NCBI GenBank assembly: GCA_963793135.1
Contig: CAWBYX010000033.1
Span: 33,708-97,707, forward strand
Reading direction: 5' to 3'
Length of the DNA: 64,000 nucleotides
Source of the DNA: an uncultured Verrucomicrobiae bacterium
GTDB lineage: Bacteria > Verrucomicrobiota > Verrucomicrobiia > Chthoniobacterales > JAFAMB01
The number at the start of each line of letters is the position of its first letter. Position 1 is the first letter of the stretch. The notes under the pieces were generated by a model. The model saw only the letters and a list, made by a program, of their open reading frames with translations, was not told where the DNA came from and did not search any database. The translations under genes were made by a program, and so were the position numbers. This document shows positions 9,558 to 19,372 of this stretch, one piece after another.

Positions 9558-11553
9558 ATGCGCCTTTTTGATCTGAATCCACAACAACTCGAAGCGGTCA
9601 GGGCAACGCGGGGGCCTGTTTTGATCTTAGCGGGTGCAGGCACTGGAAAAACCCGGGTGATCACAGCCCGGATCTCTTACCTTTTGAGCGAAGGAGTCCC
9701 TGCGAACAGGCTTCTCGCCGTCACCTTTACCAACAAGGCCGCCAACGAAATGCGCAATCGCGTTGGCGCGCTGCCGGAAAACGTCAAGGGTTCCAAGCTC
9801 ACCATCTGCACCTTTCATTCGTTGTGCGTACGTATCCTTCGCCAGGATATCGAGAAACTCGGGTACAAGACTAACTTTTCTATCTACGACGAATCCGATC
9901 AATTAGGGCTCATCCGCAAAATAGTGACCCGGTTAGCCGCCGCGACGGAGAAATTGGATCCCCAGGTGGCGAAGAACTTTATTAGCAAAGCAAAAAATCA
10001 GCGCCGGAAAATCCTTCCTGCCGAACAGACTTTGGAATCAGCCGTCTTCCTGCGCTACCAGGAAGAGTTGAAGACTCTCAACGCAGTGGACTTTGATGAT
10101 CTTCTCATCCTGGCTGTTCAATTGTTAGACGAATTTCCGGAGGTCAGGAACAAATGGGCAAATCGATTCGAGTTTATCATGGTGGACGAATTTCAGGACA
10201 CCAATCGCCTGCAGCTTGACTTAGTGCGTCAACTCGCTGAAACGCACCAAAACCTCTGTGTGGTGGGTGATGATGATCAAAGCATTTACGGATGGCGCGG
10301 AGCCGAAATCGCTAACATCCTCGAGTTTGAACGCTATTTCCCCAAGCCAAAGATTGTTAAGCTCGAGCAGAACTACCGGAGCACCAATGCCATCCTCGGT
10401 GCCGCCAACAGCATTATCCATCATAACCCTCGCCGACGGCCAAAGGCTCTCTGGTGCGAGAACGGCGATGGTCAACCGGTTCGGCTCGTCCAGGTGCCGG
10501 ACGATCGTGAAGAGGCTAATTATGTAGTCGGCGAAATCCAGAAGCAGCAGTTAGCTGAGGAGTCTCGCTGGGGAGAATTCGGAGTGATCTTTCGGATGAA
10601 TGCCCAATCGCGGTTAATCGAAGAGAACTTGCGACGTCTGCACATCCCGTATCGGGTGGTCGGCGGACGCAGCTTTTTTGAGCGGCGCGAAGTCAAAGAT
10701 TTGCTGGCCTATCTGTCTTGTCTCGTCAATCCACAGGATGACATCAGCCTCTTGCGAATCGTCAATACGCCCTCCCGAGGCATCGGAGCCTCGACCATTG
10801 AGTTAGCTATTCAGGAAAGTAACAGGACCAGGCAGAGCATCTATGAAACCATGGTCTCGGAGGCATTCCTGAACCTGCTCACTCAACGCACCCGGGAAGC
10901 CATTCGCAAGTTCACGGAACTGATAGACGAATATGAAACTAAGTTCGTTCAGCCGCTCACCAATTTCGCTCGAACGGTGGAAGAACTGCTCCTGCAGATC
11001 GACTATTTCCAGGATCTACGACGCGGCTGCAAGACTCCGGAAGAATCCCTTAACCGAGAAGAAAACGTGCGGGAGATGATTCGGGCTGTTTCGGAGTTCC
11101 AAGCAAGATCAACAGAAGGTTTACCTGGTTTTCTCGCCGAGACGGCTCTCGACCAAGATCGCGCAGAAAAGCCCGATAAGAGGCGCGGACGGAGTCACCC
11201 TGATCACCTACCACGCGGCAAAAGGGCTCGAATTCGCGCAAGTCTTCTTGATCGGCCTGGAAGAGGGTCTTCTACCTCACAACCGGTCAAAGCTCGAAGG
11301 TAGCCTCGACGAGGAACGCCGTCTCTTTTACGTCGGAATCACGCGCGCCAAACGCAACCTGACCATCACGCATTGCCTGAACCGCATCAAATACGGCAGC
11401 GTGGCCCCTTGCCATCCGAGTTCGTTTTTGAAAGACCTGGATACACGCTTCACGGAAGTGATTAACTTCCATGAAGTGACGAATAAACCAGCCGGCGAAG
11501 GAACCGCCCGGCTGCATTTCGCCAAGATGCGGGAGTTGCTTGGAGGAGGGTGA
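9558..11553 (+). pseudogene. uvrD: UvrD/PcrA/Rep-family DNA helicase, split by one frameshift as sequenced
   Basis: ORF 9558-11303 carries LAGAGTGKTRVI, MVDEFQDTNRLQ and LEQNYRSTN. The +1 frame, open from 11080, continues with GVTLITYHAAKGLEFAQVFLIGLEEGLLPH and YVGITRAKRNL and ends at 11553. The frame switch must lie at about 11165-11190. Confidence 0.85.
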
Positions 11554-11571
11554 GAAGGTGTTTGGCTGGGG

Positions 11572-12489
11572 TTATTCGATCACTTCAAAATGACTCATCA
11601 CTCTGAACAAGTGATACCTGTCTTCGATTTCCTCCCTGGTGAGCGTTTTCAGACGGTCCAGGCTGAATGATTCAACGCAATAGCTAGCCATCAAACTGCC
11701 GTAAACCACCGCCTTCTTCAGGTCGGCAAATTCAAACGACTCCTTTTCCAAGCCCGCCAGATAACCGGTAAAGCCGCCGGCAAAAGTGTCACCGGCACCG
11801 GTCGGGTCCTGGATATCCTCCAAGGGAAACGCTCCGCAACTGAAGAAATGGTCGTGACTTAGGAGCAAGCATCCGTGTTCACCCTTCTTAATCGCCACAA
11901 ATTTGGGGCCGAGCTTGATCAGCGCACGACCGGCCTTGATCAAACTGGTCTCTGCCGTTAATTGCCGGGCCTCACTGTCGTTCAACACCAGAAGATCCAC
12001 GCGTTTGATAAGATCAAGGAGCGGAGGCCTGGTCGTGGAGATCCAAAGATCCATGGTATCCGCAACTACGAAACGAGGATGTTCTACCTGATCGAGAACA
12101 TGATTTTGCAAAACTGGACTGATGTTTCCCAAAAGAACGATCGGGGTCTTCTTGTAAGCCGCCGGTAGTTTCGGTTGGAAGGTCTCAAATACGTTGAGCT
12201 CCAGATCAAGCGTCTTGCGCTGATTCATGTCCCAATCGTATTCGCCCGACCAGCGAAACGTTCTTCCGTCGGCTACCTCCATGCCGTCAAGGTTGATGCC
12301 TCGCGACTTGAAGAGTTCGATATATTCTTTTGGAAAATCCTTACCGACAATCCCGACCAAGTTAACCGGTGAAAAGAAACTTGCGCTGATCGATGCGTAA
12401 GAAGCTGCTCCACCCAGAACTTCCAGCCGCTCCTCGAGCTGCGTTTTGACACTATCAATGGCAATGGATCCGACGACGAGAACTGACAT
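11572..12489 (-). CDS. PfkB-family carbohydrate/nucleoside kinase
   Basis: 305 aa. C-terminal ribokinase-family signature DPTGAGDTFAGGF. Confidence 0.8.
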   Translation of the reverse strand: MSVLVVGSIAIDSVKTQLEERLEVLGGAASYASISASFFSPVNLVGIVGKDFPKEYIELFKSRGINLDGMEVADGRTFRWSGEYDWDMNQRKTLDLELNVFETFQPKLPAAYKKTPIVLLGNISPVLQNHVLDQVEHPRFVVADTMDLWISTTRPPLLDLIKRVDLLVLNDSEARQLTAETSLIKAGRALIKLGPKFVAIKKGEHGCLLLSHDHFFSCGAFPLEDIQDPTGAGDTFAGGFTGYLAGLEKESFEFADLKKAVVYGSLMASYCVESFSLDRLKTLTREEIEDRYHLFRVMSHFEVIE

Positions 12490-12585
12490 AGGCTATTTTT
12501 AAACGAGGCACCTCCGTTTAACACATTCCTGCTTGATCGCACGCGAAATTATCAGGACTCAACGATGCGACGCTGTGAAGTCTGA

Positions 12586-13270
12586 TCAGTCTTCTGCTTT
12601 GCGGGTGAACGGAACAAAACGAACCGGGCAGATCGCTCGCCGCCTCAATCCTCCCGCATTTTTCTCAACGAGAATCAGCTGTTGATCGACCGCATCCCCG
12701 ACCGGAATAATCAAGCGGCCACCCTCACGCAACTGGTCGATCAAAGGTTGCGGAATATGATCCAACGCAGCAGCGACAATAATGGAATCAAACGGTGCAG
12801 AGTCCGGCCATCCCTGGTAACCATCACCGCTTCTGCATGTGAATATTTTGGTACCCAAGCCGTTTCAGATCGGAGGTCGCACGAAGAATCAATTCTTCGA
12901 CGATCTCGATCGAGAAGACCTGGGTCACCAGCCTTGACAGGACCGCCGCCTGGTATCCCGAACCGGTGCCCACCTCGAGCACGTGGTCTGTCGGATCCAG
13001 CAGCAGATGCTCAGCAATAAATGCGACGATGTAGGGCTGCGAAATCGTCTGGCCAAATCCGATCGGCAGCGGCCGATCGTCATAGGCGTTGGGCAAGGCC
13101 GCGATCGGCACGAACTCATGCCTCGGCACTTCTCCCATGGCTTGTAATACGCGTTTGTCGCTGATTCCCCGATGTTCAATCTGCCGAACGACCATTCTGC
13201 GACGTTCCTTCTCGTAGTTCTGCTCTTGAACTACCGCGCCGTCCGTCCCGATCGCAAGCAAGGAGATCAC
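12586..13270 (-). pseudogene. pcm: Protein-L-isoaspartate O-methyltransferase, split by one frameshift as sequenced
   Basis: The upstream ORF has TISQPYIVA and the SAM motif LEVGTGSGYQAAVLS and ends ...LGYQNIHMQKR*. The downstream ORF continues SGDGYQGWPDSAPFDSIIVAAA...FVPFT. The junction is at about 12830-12840. Confidence 0.85.
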
Positions 13271-13303
13271 CGAATCAGATTAGCCCAATTGCAGGTTCCT
13301 ACT

Positions 13304-13846
13304 TCAAGAATTTGCGCGCTGCAGACAAAATTCGCTGAAGATCACTTCGAATCCCGCACCCTCTGGGGCTGCCGCCATCCGTCCGACCTCGAGTTCGTCT
13401 GCCGTTGAGAGGTAGGCGGTTCGGAACATGACCCACCCGAGGTCTGGAGAGCGATATTCGATGGTGACGGCACCCCCTTCCCTTTTCAACCTCAGCCGAA
13501 GAGATCCGGGATAACTATAAAGGGGCACGACCGACCAATCCGAGTAATCCCGGGTTACGACAGCGCTCAAATAATGAACCCCGTTGACGAATTCGATACC
13601 GGTTTTTAGCCAAGTCGTTTCATCCAGACGAACCATCAGCCCGGCCTGGTCGTACAGGCTCTCGTATCGGCCGCGAAATTCGGTTTCGACTTCGAAATTC
13701 CCGGCAATCGTTTCGTAATAAAAATGCCCATTGTCCCTGACAAAGCCGTAATGCGTTTTACGCCAGAAATCCGTATGGGCATCGGCAAAAACGGAAAGGT
13801 GATCGTTCTCTTTTTTCCAGTTTCGGGGTTCGTTCAACCAAGTCAT
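13304..13846 (-). CDS. DUF1349-like protein (concanavalin A-like fold family)
   Basis: 180 aa. N-terminus MTWLNEPRNWKKENDHLSVFADAHTDFWRKTHYGF matches my recollection of DUF1349 proteins. Confidence 0.6.
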   Translation of the reverse strand: MTWLNEPRNWKKENDHLSVFADAHTDFWRKTHYGFVRDNGHFYYETIAGNFEVETEFRGRYESLYDQAGLMVRLDETTWLKTGIEFVNGVHYLSAVVTRDYSDWSVVPLYSYPGSLRLRLKREGGAVTIEYRSPDLGWVMFRTAYLSTADELEVGRMAAAPEGAGFEVIFSEFCLQRANS

Positions 13847-13929
13847 GAAGAACTTCTACTGCTCTCCGCACGAAATGCGATCGTATCGTCCAGATACTTC
13901 CGAAATCCGAGGATGACCGCGCCCTGGAT

Positions 13930-14556
13930 TCAAGAGGACAACGCCGACTTCACTTCGGCTGTCCTTTTCGCCACATCCGCAGCGAGCAGCAGATCCGAAA
14001 CAATGCAGACTCGCTTGGCGCCGGCGCGCACAATTTCCCGCAGGTTTTCCAATTTCACCCCGCCAATACAATAGATCGGCAGCTTCACCTGTTCGTGCAA
14101 CATTCGGAGCTCGGTGAGGCCGACCGCCTTTGCGGTGGGTTTGGTTCCCGTTGGAAATAACGGCCCGAAGCCTATGTAATCGGCGCCCTCTGCTGCTGCC
14201 ATTTGGGCTTGTGCCAGCGTATGGGTCGATTTGCCCACAATACAGTTGCGACCCGCCCGGGCACGCGCGTCATCAACACCGAAATCTTCCTGACCCACAT
14301 GGCAACCATCTGCATCCACCTCCCTCAGCAGATCCGGGTAATCGTTCAAGATGAGGGGTACTCCGCCGGCCTTGGTCAGAGGCAACATGGCCGCCGCACA
14401 TTTCGAAATTGCCGCTTTCGGAGATTCTTTCGCGCGGAGCTGCAGTATATCGATTCCCCCTTGAATAAGCAGGGCGGTCACCAGCGCGACCTGATCAGGC
14501 GCCACATACCCCAGATCCACGATTCCGTATAAGAAACAGTTTTTCAGCGGGTTCAC
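13930..14556 (-). CDS. thiE: Thiamine-phosphate synthase
   Basis: 208 aa. LQLRAK and [17 protein letters not shown] motifs. Its start overlaps the accC stop by 4 nt. Confidence 0.85.
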   Translation of the reverse strand: MNPLKNCFLYGIVDLGYVAPDQVALVTALLIQGGIDILQLRAKESPKAAISKCAAAMLPLTKAGGVPLILNDYPDLLREVDADGCHVGQEDFGVDDARARAGRNCIVGKSTHTLAQAQMAAAEGADYIGFGPLFPTGTKPTAKAVGLTELRMLHEQVKLPIYCIGGVKLENLREIVRAGAKRVCIVSDLLLAADVAKRTAEVKSALSS

Positions 14557-15917
14557 AACTTCAACTCGAGTCTTTTCGGCCCGGCCATTTTTTCCACAAA
14601 ACTGGTATCGAAATCACCACGGATAAAATCCGGGTTTTGCATGATTTTCGTGTGAAACGGGATCGTCGTTTTAATTCCGGAAATCAGGTACTCACTGAGC
14701 GCGCGCGCCATCCGCCGGATCGCCGATTCGCGGGAAGAGCCGACGCAGATCAATTTGGCAATCATCGAATCGTAGTATGGCGGAACGGTGTATTTCGAAT
14801 AGGCATGGGAATCCACCCGTACGCCGCGACCACCCGGCGCGTAATAAAGATCAATTGTTCCGGGACTCGGTTGAAAATTGTTGGCCGGATCTTCCGCGTT
14901 GATTCGGCACTCGATCGCGTGACTACGCGGTTGCGCGGTTGCTATGTGTTCAGAGAGATGCGCACCGCTGGCAATCAAAATCTGTTCCTTCACCAGATCA
15001 CAAGCGTACACCTCCTCCGTGATTGGATGTTCGACCTGGATCCGGGTGTTCATCTCCATAAAATAAAAATCCCCCTGACGATCGACGAGATACTCCATGG
15101 TTCCTGCGTTCTCGTACCCAACCGCTTGCGCAAGCCTGACCGAACAATCACCCATCAATTGCCGAAGCTTCCGATTCATGAACGGGGAGGGGCATTCTTC
15201 GACAATTTTCTGGTTTCTTCTTTGGATGGAGCAATCGCGCTCGCCCAGGTGCACCAGTCGCCCATGGCTGTCACCGATAATCTGGAATTCGATGTGATGC
15301 GGTCGATCGATCAATTTTTCAATATAGACTCCGCCATTCCCGAAGGCTTTCTCCGCCTCGCCGCGCGCTGCATAAAATCCTTGAACCAGGCTCACATCAT
15401 TATGAGCCCCGCGCATTCCCCGGCCACCACCCCCCGCGATCGCCTTGATCATCACCGGGTACCCTATTTGTTTGGCGACTTTTAAAGCTTCTTGCTCAGT
15501 CTCGACGACTCCATCGCTCCCAGGTGAAATCGGCACTCCCGCTTTGATCGCCTGTTCCCGGGCGGCGTTCTTGTCGCCCATCATCCGGATGGCTTCTGGC
15601 GGAGGTCCGATGAATTTGATATTACAACTGGCACACACCTCAGCGAAATGCGCATTCTCCGAGAGGAAACCGTATCCGGGATGAATGGCGTCGACATCGC
15701 TGATTTCTGCGGCACTGATGATCCGATCAATCTTCAGATAGCTTTCCGAGCTCGGAGGTCGCCCGATACAGACCGCCTCATCTGCCAACTGGACGTGAAG
15801 CGAATCGACGTCAGCCTCGGAATAAACGGCAACCGTTCGAATTTCCAATTCTTTGCAGGCTCGAATGATCCGCAGCGCGATCTCGCCGCGGTTGGCAATC
15901 AGAACTTTATTAAACAC
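14553..15917 (-). CDS. accC: Acetyl-CoA carboxylase, biotin carboxylase subunit
   Basis: 454 aa. [20 protein letters not shown], an ATP-grasp domain, [10 protein letters not shown]. Confidence 0.95.
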   Translation of the reverse strand: MFNKVLIANRGEIALRIIRACKELEIRTVAVYSEADVDSLHVQLADEAVCIGRPPSSESYLKIDRIISAAEISDVDAIHPGYGFLSENAHFAEVCASCNIKFIGPPPEAIRMMGDKNAAREQAIKAGVPISPGSDGVVETEQEALKVAKQIGYPVMIKAIAGGGGRGMRGAHNDVSLVQGFYAARGEAEKAFGNGGVYIEKLIDRPHHIEFQIIGDSHGRLVHLGERDCSIQRRNQKIVEECPSPFMNRKLRQLMGDCSVRLAQAVGYENAGTMEYLVDRQGDFYFMEMNTRIQVEHPITEEVYACDLVKEQILIASGAHLSEHIATAQPRSHAIECRINAEDPANNFQPSPGTIDLYYAPGGRGVRVDSHAYSKYTVPPYYDSMIAKLICVGSSRESAIRRMARALSEYLISGIKTTIPFHTKIMQNPDFIRGDFDTSFVEKMAGPKRLELKL

Positions 15918-15919
15918 GA

Positions 15920-16438
15920 TTACTTCACCCGGAAGAGCGGCTGACCAAACTGCACCGCGGCCCCATTCTCGACCAAGACTTCCGTGATCACCCCTCTCAC
16001 TTCGGCTTTGATCTCGTTCATGACTTTCATTGCCTCGATAATGCAGACCACCGAATCCTCCACGATTTCCTGACCCTCTTTGATGTAGGGCGCAGAATCG
16101 GGCGAAGGAGCGCGATAAAAAGTCCCGACCATCGGGGAAACGATTTCTTTAGAGCCCGGATGCCCTTCAGCCGGGGCCACGGCCGGCGGAGACTGCGCCG
16201 GAGTCGTGTAGCCTCCGATCGGAGCGCCGGTGACCAATTGATGTCCGGGGAGAGCACAAACCAAAGGGGCCGGCGGACGATGCGCTTCAAGCTCGAGCTT
16301 AAATCCTTCCTTCTCGAGCTTAAAAACCGCCAGATCGTTCTTTTTCATCAAATCGATGATGGCTCTGATGTCTTTTAATTCCAAAGTGTTATCTCCTGTG
16401 GGGTACGTGCCTATGTTAGGCAACGGGAGGAATGTCAC
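15920..16438 (-). CDS. accB: Acetyl-CoA carboxylase biotin carboxyl carrier protein
   Basis: 172 aa. Pro/Ala linker and biotinyl-lysine motif [13 protein letters not shown]. Confidence 0.9.
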   Translation of the reverse strand: MTFLPLPNIGTYPTGDNTLELKDIRAIIDLMKKNDLAVFKLEKEGFKLELEAHRPPAPLVCALPGHQLVTGAPIGGYTTPAQSPPAVAPAEGHPGSKEIVSPMVGTFYRAPSPDSAPYIKEGQEIVEDSVVCIIEAMKVMNEIKAEVRGVITEVLVENGAAVQFGQPLFRVK

Positions 16439-16579
16439 GCAAGCAGTTCTTCGTTCTCAACTCTCCGGTTTGCGAGAACTTAGCAAAAGGGGCAAAATCA
16501 CCGCACAGAGATCAAAGAGGTCACGCAGGAAGAGTTGGGGTCGGTGGTCGAGAACTCTTCGGCGAAGGCGCGCAACGTT

Positions 16580-17213
16580 ATGGACGATAAATGGACGATT
16601 TCCAAACGACAATCCCAGTTGCAACGCCATGTTGACGAGCTTCGCTCCTGCCGGAAATGCCCGAAAATGCAATCGACCCCGGTTTCCGGCGGCCCGGTTC
16701 CGAGCCGGGTGATGCTAGTCGGTCAAGCTCCCGGCGTGAAAGAGCCGGTCTTAGGGCGTCCGTTCGCCTGGACTGCAGGTAAAGCCATGTTCAAATGGTT
16801 CGAACAGGAAACCGGTGTCACCGAGATGGAATTTCGCCAAACCGTTTATATGGCAGCGGTTTGCCGTTGCTTCCCAGGCAAAAACTCTCAGGGGGGCGAT
16901 CGTGTTCCCTCCAGGGAAGAGGTCGCGCTCTGCGGTGCCTGGCTTCGAGCCGAGATCGCGATCTTGAAACCAGGTCTCGTGATCCCGGTCGGCAAACTCG
17001 CGATTGGCCAGTTCCTGGATCAATTGCCAGTTTTGACAGACATTGATCGGTCACATGACGCACGTGCGCAAATTTGGCCACGACTTCGATGTCATTCCCT
17101 TGCCGCATCCATCCGGAGCGTCGCCCTGGCACCGGATCGAGCCCGGAAAAGCACTGACAATAAAAGCCCTGGCTTTAATCAGAAATCATCCGGCCTGGAT
17201 CGCGCGGACGTAG
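16580..17213 (+). pseudogene. Uracil-DNA glycosylase superfamily protein, split by one frameshift as sequenced
   Basis: Frame 1 has CRKCP and LVGQAPGVKEPVLGRPFAWTAGK. It loses homology after KLAIGQFLDQLPVLTD. The +1 frame, open from 17057, reads LIGHMTHVRKFGHDFDVIPLPHPSGASPWHRIEPGK and stops at 17211-17213. The long 16535-17449 ORF tail is repeat read-through. Confidence 0.75.
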
Positions 17214-17415
17214 GGGGCGTAGGGGAAACGTATCGGCGGGTCGGCGTATCGGCGGGTCGGCGTAAGAGGGAAACGTGTCGGCGTGCCGGCGTTTGGTTCG
17301 GCCGTTGGAACATTCGATCGCCCGCTTATTCACCCAAACGCCGTCGAACGCTGATGCTTCTCCTACGCCGATACGCCGGCGCGCCGACACGCCGATACGT
17401 TTCCCCCGGCCCCCT
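17211..17415. repeat. Inverted minisatellite of the GGAAACGTATCGGCGGGTCGGCG family (second locus at 34432-34678)
   Basis: The left arm at 17211-17295 has direct repeats of cgtatcggcgggtcggcg. The right arm at 17362-17415 is in the complementary orientation (cgccgatacgccggcgcgccgacacgccgatacgtttcccc). Confidence 0.8.
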
Positions 17416-17625
17416 CCAGAGCGCCGCGTCTAAGGCCGCCAGAATGTGACCTAACCACCCGAGCAAGCCAAAAGATATCAACCAAAGAGCTCCCGAAAAT
17501 ACCAATTGCAACAGCGCTGACAAAATTCGCCCCTGCGCCAGCTGACCAAGTCCTGGAAGGACCAGACTAGCGAGCGCTGCAATGACATTCCCTCCCGATC
17601 CGGGTGCTGGAGCTGATTGCTGCAT
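17326..17625 (-). CDS. Small 2-TM membrane protein (PGLGQ motif), paralog of 17650-17847, with a repeat-encoded C-terminal extension
   Basis: The 99-aa ORF aligns with the 65-aa neighbour from GNVIAAL to DAA(L/R)W. The extra tail [19 protein letters not shown]... is encoded by the repeat arm at 17362-17415. Confidence 0.5.
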   Translation of the reverse strand: MQQSAPAPGSGGNVIAALASLVLPGLGQLAQGRILSALLQLVFSGALWLISFGLLGWLGHILAALDAALWRGPGETYRRVGAPAYRRRRSISVRRRLGE

Positions 17626-17649
17626 AGATTCTCCTCGTCTGCCTGGATT

Positions 17650-17847
17650 TTAACGTCCTTTCCAACGTGCCGCATCCACACAAGAAAAAATGTGTCCGAG
17701 CCATCCCAGCAAGATCAACCAGAGAATCCAAGTTCCTACGAAGTGCACGAGCGCCGCCAGGACCCGGCCCTGGATCAACTGGCCAAGACCAGGAATAAAA
17801 AAACTCACCAGCGCCGCGATAACATTGCCGGAAGAACCTTGGCTCAT
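17650..17847 (-). CDS. Small 2-TM membrane protein (PGLGQ motif)
   Basis: 65 aa: GNVIAALVSFFIPGLGQLIQGRVLAALVHFVGTWILWLILLGWLGHIF. Tandem paralog of the downstream ORF. Confidence 0.5.
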   Translation of the reverse strand: MSQGSSGNVIAALVSFFIPGLGQLIQGRVLAALVHFVGTWILWLILLGWLGHIFSCVDAARWKGR

Positions 17848-17870
17848 AACATTGAGGAATAGTGTATAAT

Positions 17871-19361
17871 TCAGTTCGGTTGGATAATCACAAAGGATCG
17901 TTGGCGGCTACGCGCCATTCCGACCATTACGGGCCGGTCAGGGTCCAGCTGGCCGACAACGCTCTGAAATTCGTCGACGTTGGAAACCGGTTGCCGATTA
18001 ATCTGTTCGATCACATCCCCGGGTCTGAGCTCTTGCGCGGCCGTCGAATTGGGATCAACCTGCGTGACAATGACCCCATTGACGTTCGGCGGAACCTTGG
18101 CCTCAGCTCGAAGCCGCTCGGTCAGGTTCTGCACTTCGATTCCAGCAAAGACCGCATTCTGCGAGCCTCCGGAAGGATCTGGCGAGCTCTGGTTCCGATT
18201 TAGGCGAGCGACAAGATCCGCCGGCTGTTCAATTACCTGTGCGGTGACAGTTTTGGACGCTCCATCACGCACCAGATCGATTGTTAAATTCGAGCCGATT
18301 TCCGTTTCGGCGATCCGGTTGACCAGGGCCACCGTGTCCTTGACCTCGTAGCCGTTCACTTTCCGAATGACATCGCCGCGGATAATGCCTGCTTTCTCGG
18401 CTGGAGAACCGGGAGTTACGTCAGTTACCAAAGCGCCTCGAGCGCTGTTAAGCTTGAATTGTTCCGCGATATCCATGGTCACTGGTTGAATACCAACTCC
18501 GAGATAACCACGGACCACTCTCCCTTTGCCGATGATACTGTTCATCGCGGACCGAACCACGTTCGAAGGAATCGCAAATCCAATCCCTTGATTGCCGCCG
18601 GACTCAGAATATATCGCCGTGTTGATGCCAATCACCTCTCCCCGGATATTCACTAATGGTCCACCCGAATTTCCAGGGTTGATGGCAGTATCCGTTTGGA
18701 AAAACTCCACTTGGCTATCGTTCATCGCCCGTCTGTCCTTGGCGCTAATGATTCCTTGACTCACGCTTTCATCCAGACCAAACGGGTTTCCGATCGCCAT
18801 CACGATCTGTCCAACTCGAACTTTATCGGAGTCGCCGATCGGCAAAGGGGTCAGGTTCTCCAGATCAATCTTCAATACGGCCAAATCAATCTGTCCATCT
18901 GTCCCGACGATTTTCGCCTTTGCTTGCCGCCCATCACTGAGTTGCACGGTCACGTCATCCGTTCCGTTCAGCACATGATTGTTGGTTACGATGTGCCCCT
19001 CTTTGGAGACGATTACGCCTGAGCCGAGCGAGGTCACTTTCTGCTGAGCAGGGTTCTCGTCCGAGAACCGCCTTCCGAAAAACAATTCCAAAGGATCGAT
19101 CGGCATCCGACGAGAGACGGTTTTCGTCGTCGTAATGCTTACCACGCTGGGTACCACAGCGTTCGCTACCTTGGTGTACTCCTCATCCAAACGTTGCAAG
19201 ACATCGACTGAATTCAGATCGAGACTGGGTTTGTCTGCCGGTGTAAACTTCTCAACCTTGACTTGAGCCTGACCAGGTTGCCTTCCTTGCCAGACGTAGA
19301 TAAGCGAAATCGCAAGAGCCAGGAGTAAAACGAAAACTAAAAACTTCAGGAAACTCTTCAT
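17871..19361 (-). CDS. htrA: HtrA/DegP/DegQ-family periplasmic serine protease (trypsin domain plus 2 PDZ)
   Basis: 496 aa. N-terminal TM/signal. Catalytic blocks IVTNNHVL and GNSGGPLVN. Two PDZ-like C-terminal segments. Confidence 0.9.
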   Translation of the reverse strand: MKSFLKFLVFVLLLALAISLIYVWQGRQPGQAQVKVEKFTPADKPSLDLNSVDVLQRLDEEYTKVANAVVPSVVSITTTKTVSRRMPIDPLELFFGRRFSDENPAQQKVTSLGSGVIVSKEGHIVTNNHVLNGTDDVTVQLSDGRQAKAKIVGTDGQIDLAVLKIDLENLTPLPIGDSDKVRVGQIVMAIGNPFGLDESVSQGIISAKDRRAMNDSQVEFFQTDTAINPGNSGGPLVNIRGEVIGINTAIYSESGGNQGIGFAIPSNVVRSAMNSIIGKGRVVRGYLGVGIQPVTMDIAEQFKLNSARGALVTDVTPGSPAEKAGIIRGDVIRKVNGYEVKDTVALVNRIAETEIGSNLTIDLVRDGASKTVTAQVIEQPADLVARLNRNQSSPDPSGGSQNAVFAGIEVQNLTERLRAEAKVPPNVNGVIVTQVDPNSTAAQELRPGDVIEQINRQPVSNVDEFQSVVGQLDPDRPVMVGMARSRQRSFVIIQPN

Positions 19362-19372
19362 TGTTGCCGCGA

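Noticed and set aside
14637-15485. 282-aa ORF on the plus strand
   Set aside because: It is antisense to accC and has an Arg-rich low-information sequence.
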